Shown here one piece after another: positions 1-10,282 of a stretch of 62,958 nt of DNA; position 1 is the stretch's first letter, and each line of letters starts with the position of its first letter. Both the position numbers and the translations under genes were made by a program. This DNA comes from Catajapyx aquilonaris (Eukaryota): contig KZ539250.1 of the NCBI GenBank assembly GCA_000934665.2, positions 1 to 62,958 on the forward strand, written 5' to 3'. The notes under the pieces are model-generated. The model ran no database searches and was not told where the DNA came from. It saw nothing but the letters and a program-made list of their open reading frames with translations.

Positions 1-27
1 GGGGGGAATTGTTCAATTTTGTATATT

Positions 28-95
28 ATATCGCTCAAAAAATAAGACAATTTTGCATTGAAACCAAATGAAAAACTGTGCTTTTTGAGCGATAT
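28..95. mobile_element. Short palindromic (MITE-like) element, ~70 bp; second copy at 37511-37588
   Basis: Arms ATATCGCTCAAAAA (28-41) and TTTTTGAGCGATAT (82-95) are a perfect inverted repeat. The loop motif AGAC(A/G)ATTTTGCATT is shared with the copy at 37511-37588. Confidence 0.5.
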
Positions 96-1452
96 GACTG
101 GAGTGGGCATATAATTTTTTGAGTAAATATTTCGAGTGAAATGGAGCACATTAACTTGTAGTTAAACGTAAGACGATTTTTAACTGTTTGTGGAATAGCT
201 ACTTTAAATCCGCCACTGTTAGCTATACCGAAAATATTCGTAAATGTGGTGGCTTAAATTTAACACAAAATATTAGCGACATTAAATTTCAAACTGTAAA
301 TCGCCATATCTGTAGATAAATATTTAACTGCCCGTTAAATAGGTGTAGATTTTTAGCATTTGACGTATTACAGGGCGGAACATTTAAATGCACAAAATGG
401 CTGTAATATTTTATACGGCATCGATTGAGATGTACTTTAAAAAAAAAAACCCAGACAGATTTTGATTGGCACTTAGACAAAATGTTTCACAAGCATGTAC
501 TTAACTCGTGGTATTGCATTCCAAACAGGTACACCGCAAGTGCACTTTCTATAAGGCCAACACTGCAAACTTAAAAGTTGCAGGAACAATGTAACATCCT
601 TGAGTTCCTTTTTTTTTTTTAGTTACTGCAATTTTATATGATGCGTGCAGAGAAAAATTACTGTCTGTCCCCCCCAAAAAAACATTTAAATAGTTTTGCA
701 GGGACAGCACTAAAATAAACCAATGGCAAGGACACTTGGGACAATTGGTGCAGGGCATAAATTTAGTAATGACATGTGCAGGGTGTAAATCAACGACGGT
801 TTTGCTTACTCTGGCAATTAACATGAATTGAAGACAATTAGGCGCAATTGAGGATGCGGAGAATTTGCCAAAGTTTGTGTGTACATCAATTTTGCATGTC
901 CATCGGAACTGCAAAAATAGTTGGTGCGGGGGAAGTAGGCCAAATTCATACAAATTAGAGTGAATTTATAGGTTTTTTTAAATACTGTGAACAAGGGTCA
1001 AGGACTTGGGGCCTAAAATTGTATGCTGTTTCAAAAAAAAATTAAGGGTGCAGCCCTATTTGACTAGCGGGCCGTGAAGCGACGGATGCACGTTTTTTTT
1101 GATAAAACTGAATGAAGCGAGGATTAGTCGCTTTTTTTTTGTACGTGTCGCTATTTACGCAGTAAATAAGGACCACTTTGTAAAGGCAAAAGCGACACTT
1201 TGTTCTCAAATGAACGTTTCAGGATTTTAAAAAAGGAGACTCATTAATCTTATAAGTACATATGGCGAAAAAAACTTTTATTTGAAAACCAGAAGCGGTA
1301 TTTAGCAGTATTTAGAGACTTTGTGACTTAAACCATGTCAAATTGTAACTTGACATTTTAAAAAAAAATCCTGAATTCAGCAAGTAATAAACGAATCTGA
1401 ATTTTGGGTTGAAATTGCATCGAAATAACGATTTAAATTATTTCAAACATAA

Positions 1453-1671
1453 CAGGGTGTCTCAACTTTTATGTCCGAACAATTATCGGAAATATTGCAC
1501 TCAGCTGCTTATTTTTTTAAAGCAGTGACTTGCGCAACCAATGATGCTTCACTGTCTTTATCAGTTGAGGGATGTGCCAGTAATGTTCGGGGCATATTCT
1601 GACTACATAGCTAGAAGATACATATAGGCTTTTCCGATAACTGTTCGGACAAAAAAAGTTGAGACACCCTG
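1453..1671. mobile_element. Non-autonomous Tc1/mariner-type MITE (~219 bp)
   Basis: About 40-bp terminal inverted repeats: CAGGGTGTCTCAACTTTTATGTCCGAACAATTATCGGAAA ... TTTCCGATAACTGTTCGGACAAAAAAAGTTGAGACACCCTG. The right end is followed by TA; the left flank is AA. No internal ORF. Confidence 0.7.
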
Positions 1672-1675
1672 TATT

Positions 1676-1830
1676 TGAACTATCCAACCTATTTAACTAT
1701 TATTTAGCCTATTCAACATATTATTTAAGCTACTATTTTAGCCGAAGAACGAATTTGAACTATTACTTTAAGATGTATTAGTGTAACCTCCAAACTATTT
1801 TATTATAAGCTATTAATTTAAACTGTATGG
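1676..1830. repeat. Degenerate AT-rich minisatellite (AACTATT-type units)
   Basis: Recurrent aactat/gctatt units; a purer array of the same motif lies at 25860-26160. Confidence 0.4.
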
Positions 1831-3188
1831 ACGGTGTATTAACTATGATGGGAAAATATTTCGTAATTACTTTAAGCTGTTATAGGAAATAGTTTGAACA
1901 ATATTACTGTTTGATTATTATTAAATTAAGCAGAAACGCCTTTATCTATATTACTTAATTTTTTAAAGCAAGGGAAGTTAAACGTAATTAATTTAGGAGA
2001 TTGAAAAGGCTTGTTTTCCGATGGCTCTGCCAGTCCCTGTTTTGAGTGTGGGTGGCCCCTGTTTTTTTGGCGGGAACAACGTGGCGCGTGTCCAACGGCG
2101 CGAAATACGAACTAGTAAGCTCATCGTCCACTGACAAAAGACGCCTATCGAGCCGATTAGGACGCAGGAAGCTCTAACTCCCATGGCCCTTTATATCCGG
2201 TCTGTCAATAATAAGGGGCCGGATGATGTCACCGTGCAGTGGAGCCATTTCCACGCGTCACATTTAGGCATTTTATTTAAACAGCCAGCACCTGTTGGAC
2301 TCTATTGTTATATCACCCATCAATTTAAAAAGCGACACTTGCGCAACCTGTGGTCATAAAAATTATGTAAATAAGAATCCAACTTCCGTATTAAAGTACA
2401 TCTGTCCACATAAGCGATGCACTCAATTGGCTATGGTTACAACAGGGTCATACATACCTGAGCCAATTAACTGTCTGGGAAAGAATGGGTCTAGACCGTC
2501 CTTGTCTCATGTCCAAGTGAACCACTTCCAACACCGATATCCAGGCTATGGTCTCCATGCTTCAAAATAACACCTCGAGTTCGTCGGGGTTTTAACGAGC
2601 ACATACGGTACCGATCTCTATTTTAGCCACTGGTTAACACAAATTTATTGCTAATGGCAGGTACAAATTAGCCGTTTTCCCCCCCTGTACGATAGGGGTC
2701 ATCTGGGAAAATGCAGATATTGCACCATACTTGGAGACAGCACAAAGTCCATGTAAATAATAACATAGTGTAAATTGGCCGGTGAACTTGACTCCCTGAT
2801 GAACCGTACCTTAGATACGCATTTTATCAGATGTTTGAGCTAGTCAACTCTGAAACAATGCGCAATTGTGAATTTTTAGTGTGCGGTACATGCTGCCAAC
2901 ACGACTACTTTTTTGTGTGTGTAAGTATACCTGAACAGGAGTTGCCTCTAACGTACCGGAATTTCCGACGACAAAACATACCCTCCAAAAATACTTTTGG
3001 CCCACACCTCCATGCATATTTTGTTGCTATTTTGATATCGATATTTTAAAATCGCATTTTTTCGATACATCGCAAGCCTTTTTGTCTCCTGTGTATAGTA
3101 TCCCTTACAGTGTATTTTCCTCCCGGTCGTGAAACTAGGACACATTGGGGAGACACTTATTTTTGTTCTATTCCCTTGTGTGAAACAG

Positions 3189-6100
3189 AGAGGCGTCTTC
3201 GGGTGCCATCTCGTTGCTCCGTGGCAAGCGGAGCGGCAGCACGTTGAGCGCTGGCAGTGGTGACCGAGGAGGCAACATGAGTCGCAACTGTCTAGCAAAG
3301 GCCAAGTCCTGCTTCGTAGGGAATGCCCTCACCTTCTGCACCATCCTCGGTGTCTGCGCGGGCATAGTCCTCGGCTTCTCCCTCCGGTTCTCAAAGTCCG
3401 AACCATGGTCCGAAAGGGACAAAATGTAAGCGAAACCATCTGACTACATCAAAGATGGCGGTACGTGGTTCTCCAGCGGGCTGCCATCTTTGATGTAGTC
3501 ACTGTGGTCTCCAGCGGATCGCCATCTTTGATGCAGTCACTGCTGTTCAATTTGATTTCTTAATGTTTTTCGTGTAAAAATTAATTGGCAGGTATGTGGA
3601 GTTCGTGGGAACTATGTTCCTGCGGATGTTGAAGGCGCTGATTCTTCCGCTGATTGTGTCGTCGCTCATATCGGCCATCGGATCACTGGACATGAGCCTT
3701 TCCGGCCGGATCGGAGCCAGGGCCATGATCTACTATATGTCAACCACCTTGTTTGCGGTGGTCCTGGGAATAATTTTGGTGGTTACCATCCATCCAGGGA
3801 GGAGCGATGTCACCAAAGCAACCGAAAAGGACACCAACAGAAACGTCACCACAGCAGACACACTTATGGATTTGGCCAGGTATTATATACAACGAAAGGG
3901 TCAGCTGTTGACAATTGTGCAACGTTTAAATTTTTGCTGACGTCGCAAGTCAGTTCTCATTAAGATGATGACTACATCTTACTCAAAAGGAAGTCTGACC
4001 ATAGACACACTTGTTGGGGTCTGAATGATCGTGAGAGAAAAAAAATAAGTTTTTGTAAAAGACGCATCCTCATTAGTATAGGTCGGCAAAAACCCTGACC
4101 CTTGTCTGTGACCCCTGGTGGTGTATGTCACAATAAGGCGGTCCCCCCCTTTTTTATTACTTACGTAAATTGTCTGGGTGTCGCAATTATTAGTATCCGG
4201 CACAACGATGAAGTGACCTCGACATCTGTTAGTCGGAAGATCATAATATTGGAAGTGATCTAGTTTTGAATAGATACTGGTTACGTCAATGTGTGACTAC
4301 ATGGTGAATGAATAACATGTGAAGCACTTGACCGTAATAAGCAATGCAAATACGCCATATTTACATATAGCGGTGTATAGAGTACGGTGTAACAGTCACG
4401 CGAGTAACAACTTTATAGTTATGCGGTTTATGCTTATCAAATGGTTTTCTCAAACTATTATCATTTTGTGTCGAAGTTTCTAACCGGAAAATCTACAGGA
4501 AAAAATTATTAAAAATTATATCAGTGCTATTGTGGTTTTTCGTACTAAGCTGCTTATTTTAAGCACAGTTTTTTTTAGATATTAAATTGCATCCGACCTT
4601 GAATCGACAGGTCTATTACACATAGTTTCATAATGAGGCCTGTATGCTTTCACTTAGAGCAGATTAGTCTGTACTGACCACAATAGATGCAACTGTAGAA
4701 ATAGATCAGCTGGAGCCTCATGGAAGCCTATCAAAGAAAGCTAGCCGCTCCCCAAAAATACCCGCTGCCCCTAGGACTCTTCCCCAAAATTTATTGACTA
4801 AAGATATGGCAGGTTGCCATTTTCCAACATAGATAATAACCACATGCTAATTATTTACGTCTATTTTTTTTTCAGAAACATGTTGCCGCCGAATTTGGTA
4901 CAAGCAGCTATCTACCAGGTGAGTTAACATGTTTTTAAAAAATCTTTTTCTGTTAGTCATGGACGTGTGAATTTGTTGGAGATCGTGTTACACGCATTGT
5001 TAAAAATACGTCATTGTGTAATATGGAAGAGTATACAGGTTGTGAGAATTTTAGTTACATAACGGCTGTAAGTAGGATTAAATAATTATAGTCTAAAGAT
5101 GCATTGAAGCCTTATGTAACGGGTGTAAATTTCAAGAATAACTTTAATAACCGAACTTTATTTGCACTTTCACACCATTGTTCAGTACATCACAGGCACA
5201 GTATCCACATAAGCGCTAAAAAGGCATAAGTCCAGGCGTAACTTGCGCTTGGCTGCGCAGACCTGTTGCAAAGACTATCTGCGCAGAAGCAGTACGTTAC
5301 GTCGTCACGGACGTGACATCCGACATCATGCTTGTTTCCGTACGCTGTTTCTACAGGAGCGCAGGCGCGTACAGTGTCATCTGGAAAAAAAATGGGGGGC
5401 GTAAGTGAGTGACCTTCACAGCACAAATATTCAGCATATGTGCAATTATTCTAACATCTGTTGCATTGCCGACTCTCAAGAGTTCAGTGTCCTTAACACA
5501 ACAAAAGCCGTACAAATTATGCCGAATCATGCACCTACATGACTGACAAGTTAAGCCTGACCTTAGTACGGCCTAGAGGTACCACCTGTGAGCTTATTTT
5601 AGCATATGTATTCTTTAAATTTTTTTTTTGGCAAAACAAGTCGATTCCGTAACAGTTACTGCACCATGCAGTTCAGATTTCGAGGGACGGACAATTAGTG
5701 TTTGCGGCGAACTATTTAGAAAAATCTGATTGCTTGTGCCAAGTCGACACTGTGTGCCAAGAGTCGTGGGACGACCAATTACTGGTGGGGTTAAAGTACT
5801 AGGAAAGTGCCACGTGGGTTTCTGCGCGCCAAAAAAAAACCGGCGTGGGTGGCGCTGGTGTCGATCCCACGTGACCATTTTGGCGGGAAAACAACTTGTA
5901 GTGGGTGTCGCCATTTTTAGTCCGGTGCGCAGTGTTTTCACGGCTAAGTTGTATTTACGACCGGAAGATGACCGTAAAAATGAGACTTACGGCCCTGTTT
6001 TTTTGCTAGTACTGTACCTTCATCAGGGTCTGAAACTGTTTTGGCGCAATAGCTGTTTGGAGGACATGCCACCTTGAATATCCACCAAACGGGGTTGTTC

Positions 6101-9040
6101 TGCATTTCGCTGCATGGCGGCACACCCGGTACGTCCGTACCGCAGCTGTAGCACTCCAGGGTATCACTCACCGTCTCTGAAGAAGACAAACAGAGATATA
6201 GAGCTTGGCGGTGGGGTTCCGTCCCCTTAGCGCGCCATCGGCGCTTGGCATCCCCGCCCGATCCGACCCACATCTTAGAGACTCTGAAAGTTGCGGTATG
6301 GCAACATGGACACCTGGAGGTCCTGGCATCATTAATATGCCAGGACCTCCACTTGAAGAAAATTATACGGATATCCACTCATTCAAGGAATTTTTTTTCC
6401 ACGCACAGCAAAAGCACATGAGATTGCGTAATGCCACGTAACATATGCTGATCAACCGGTTTTTTTTTAAAGAGATTAATCCTCCCCACATCCGGACCCA
6501 CCCTATACCGGTTATCTCATGTGTCTGGAACACGTGCGGATCATTTTTCTCGGCGGGAATTTAAATTTAGAGGGGGCCCACCCTCCCATTGCCTAAAAAA
6601 AAACTTGTACAAAAGTTTTCTCACCAACTTTTAGCCCCTCCTTTCTGATTAACATAACACTATGGCCCTTTAAAAAAAAACTAGAAGACAGCTGGAAACA
6701 TTTGACCTTGGTTCATCCTTATGTTTTTAGAATTCCGCTGAAATCACTATCAATTTTAGCAAGGTCACACTTACGTCATAATTTGGCAACGATGTGACTG
6801 ACCTGTAATCACGACGAAGATCAGCATCAAACGTGGGTCCATCCAAAATGGTTGTTTTCAAATAGTGCCAGCAGATTTTGGGAGGGTTCCGTCGGTTGTG
6901 GTAGCCTCTCGCTCATTGCGCAGCCACAAGGGGCTTTTATTTATTGCCACAAGCCTCTCCCTAGCTGGTCTGGTCCCGCCAGCATCAGTGCTGCCAACTA
7001 GGGTTTGTTTTCAAGGTGACGTCACTAAAGCATACTACGAAAACCAGGAAGGAAATATGCCCTATAATTTCATACGAAAAAAAAGTTACAGTAGATTTCT
7101 ACTGAACAGAAACAAAATGGCAGTGGGTCACCCCATGTCACCCAATGTCACAATTTTAATTTTCACCCTGAAATGTCACCAATATTATTTGCATATGAGT
7201 TCTTACACTGAGCAGAAAATTTTTGCGAAAAGGTACAGTCACATTAATCTTGTAGAAATATTTGTAACTTGTTGCGGAATTTGTCCTTATCGTGCAAAGA
7301 GGCGCTAATCAGTGGACTTTTGACATGTGCAGGTTACCAGTGAAAAAAAAAGTCTTGTTTATTTAGATTTCAAATGTTTGTCAATATTTATTGCATATTT
7401 TTGGTTGTGGTTCACACAGTGCATCGTAATGTTTTGTATGTTTCTTCAGTACAGGACAGTGCTTGTACCGCCTAAAAACAAACAAGCCGAAGAGAATAAC
7501 GAAACCGAATATGAAACAACCTCAATCTTTCCAATGGCGGTATCAACTGGCGCTACTAATGAAAGTGCTAAGCAAGCAGCAGCAGATAAGCAACGTAAGT
7601 TTAATTTTACCAAAAATTTAAATATAGTTATTTTGACAATTGTGTGTTTTTTTTTAATTTTTTTTGCAGAGGCCCTGAAGGACGAGTTGTACACATGGAA
7701 AATAGATAGCGAGTATCATGAAGGAATGAACATCTTGGGACTTGTGGTGTTCTCGACTGTGTTGGGCATAACATTAGGAAAGATGCAGGCCAGAGGACAA
7801 CCGCTTCTCAAGTTCTTCACCTGTATGTCTGAAGCCATGATGATCATCACCAATTGGGTCGTCTGGTCTGTACGACGTTTGTCATACATGCCGGTTTTAC
7901 TCTTTAAAATATTTTCTATGTTTCAGGCTGTCGCCCATTGGAGTGTTGTTTCTGATTGCGGGCAAGCTCTTGGAGAAGGAAGATTTCGGACAGATCATAG
8001 GTCAGCTTGGATTGTACTTTGTGACTGTCCTGGGTGGTCTCTTCATTCATGGCCTGGTTGTGCTTCCCATCATGTACTCGATCATTACTAAGAAATTGCC
8101 GTTTAGATTCATCGCAAACATGGGCCAGACGCTGGTGACTGCCTTCGGCACGGCCTCCAGGTACGGACACTTTTCAGATGATGTGCAATGAGTGACCAAA
8201 TGTGATTGCAGCTCTGCGACGTTGCCAATCACCATCTCGTGTTTGGAAGAAAAGAATGGTGTGGATCCTCGAGTGGCCCGATTTGTGCTGCCCATTGGAG
8301 CCACGATTAACATGGATGGTACAGCTCTGTACGAAGCAGTTGCAGCCATCTTCATCGCACAGGTGCGAGAGATACCGCTCTCTCTGGGCTCCATCATTGC
8401 CATCAGGTAATAAATACATTGACATTTTATTGCCAATTGGTCGCTAACATCTCTCCCGATTTACAGCATCACCGCAACAGCCGCTAGTATCGGCGCAGCG
8501 GGTATTCCTCAGGCTGGCCTGGTCACAATGGTGATGGTGCTGGACACCGTGGGTCTGCCGTCAGAGGACGTCTCTCTTATCCTCGCAGTGGACTGGCTTC
8601 TGTAAGTTTATAAATGAACATATGCTTTAGAAATTATTTTCCTTAGGTGACTTATTGACAACGAGAAATGAGACTGACAACATTCTATATATGAATTTCC
8701 TAGTCAGTGAGAAAAAGTCTACTGGAATCACGCTCTGTGATATGTCGATCTTGTTTAGTTATGGACAGTGTCTTAACCTCCTTTCCTTATCCACAGTGAC
8801 CGGTTCCGTACGACCATCAACGTCCTGGGTGACAGCCTGGGTGCCGGTATAGTGGACCACTTGAGCAAGAAGGAGCTTGAAAACCTTCCGATGAACCCGG
8901 ACATCCACTTGTCCAGCTCGGACCACCTCAACGGCAAAGTGTTAGCCAACAACCCAAGCGGTTCTGTCCCAGAGGTGGACCCATCCTACGCAAAGGGACC
9001 AGACGACATGGGGGCCGAGTGGCAGACCACTACCATGTGA
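3189..9040 (+). CDS. Excitatory amino acid transporter (SLC1/EAAT family), paralog 1
   Basis: Spliced exons 3189-3425, 3592-3879, 4876-4918, 7450-7594, 7670-7865, 7927-8160, 8212-8406, 8467-8601, 8797-9040, all GT-AG and in frame. SLC1 motifs: [78 protein letters not shown]. The start is either ATG 3277 or an unidentified upstream phase-2 exon, as in paralog 2. Confidence 0.95.
3441..3540. repeat. Intronic inverted repeat with a duplicated right arm
   Basis: TGACTACATCAAAGATGGC (3441-3459) pairs with GCCATCTTTGATGTAGTCA (3483-3501) and with a near-identical second copy at 3521-3539. Confidence 0.7.
5190..6842 (-). CDS. Ly6/uPAR (three-finger, quiver/sleepless-like) GPI-anchored protein, nested antisense in an EAAT paralog 1 intron
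   Basis: Exons 6842-6803 ([13 protein letters not shown], signal-like), 6176-6018 and 5380-5190 splice in frame. The product has 10 cysteines, from LECYSC to CFCADSLCN, then a small-residue omega region (RSAQPSAS) and a hydrophobic C-terminal tail typical of a GPI signal. Confidence 0.85.
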
Positions 9041-10282
9041 GGATGAGTCGGCCTCCAGAGCCGTACTTACTCCCCACAAAAAAGTTTTTAACAAAAAAAC
9101 CAAGTTTTAACATGTTCACCCACTCAACGTAAAAAAGCATGTCCCCAACCCTGTCCACCCTGAAAAAATTACCCCCCAAAAAATTCAAACCAAAAAAATT
9201 AATTAGGGCCTGTTGTTTACTCCAGTGGCCCTTTAACCCCTAAACTTGCTTTTTCACAGGGTGCAAAGAAAATGAATCCAGAGCGAGAGAGAGACTTGTG
9301 TTTTATGCCAGTGAAGGAAATCGATGCCAAAACCCGGAGTGTGATAGATGCCAAAGGAGTGCGATGAGATGAGAGGGATTTTTTTTTTGGAGAGAGAATG
9401 AGAATACACACGACACACACATACAAAAAAATGCAACCTATTATTATGACCATGTACACACCAAAAACCAGTAGGTCAAAGAGTAGATGTTGTTAATTAG
9501 TTAAAGACTCGTTTTTTTGTAAAACAGATTGTAATTTCTAACTGCCTCATCCCACCCCACTTGTTTTTTTTTTTTCCTTCTTTAGTTGATCTGTAGGACA
9601 TTATGTAGCAGCTTTTTGTTGTTGACTTTTCTCCCCTCCCCCTCCCCTTGACCTTTTTTTTTTCCACTGACCCCAAACATAATTATTAACTATTAACATT
9701 TCTTTTTTTAATTATTGTAGTGGCGTTATTTTTTTCTCTTCAAATTTTATCATGTGGCCTTGTGAAGGTCCTGAATTGTACAAAAAAAGAAGCTGCTTTC
9801 TTGTCTTCTCTTGCACACATCCTGAGTAAAGATATTTTGGGTTTTTTCATGCGACTTATTATTATTCACAAACCATTGTCCCAATGTGACCTGACAAAAA
9901 ATGTGGGGGGATGTCCCCAGCAGGTACAGTGTGAGTATATGCATTATATGCAAAAATTGCACACAGTGAATATGCATGCACACTGCAGCGGAAACACAAC
10001 AATCGTTCATAAACTGAAAGGCAATAAAAGGACGCCTGCTATATAGGGACAATTATTCTGCAACCTTCAAATAATAACCATATCTGAACTAATAGCCTCT
10101 TTGTTGGCGCCTTTTGTTACTCGTATCCATGGTGCAAATGATGACAATTGGAGCTCTGGTAATTTCTGGCCAACATTGAAATAAAAGATTCACTACCCGG
10201 TACTTTATTCAGACGGGCAATACCTGAATATATTAACTTACCTGGAGAAACGTCCATGTTCGCTTCAGAATAGGACATCACA

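Noticed and set aside
2548..2590. Candidate first coding exon for EAAT paralog 1 (MVSMLQNNTSSSS)
   Set aside because: The donor site is weak (GTTTTA) and there is no homology support; left unassigned.
5877..5892. Recurrent TTTTGGCGGGAAA (E2F-like) motif, also near 2066, 6550 and 32820
   Set aside because: It is a short motif in intronic or intergenic positions not tied to an evident transcription start, so it cannot be distinguished from repeat debris.
7595..7669. Stop-free in-frame 75-nt intron that would add a hydrophobic segment to EAAT1 (likewise 10939-10998 in paralog 2)
   Set aside because: It has canonical GTAAGT and poly-pyrimidine-CAG signals. The hydrophobic translation simply reflects T-richness, and nothing indicates retention.
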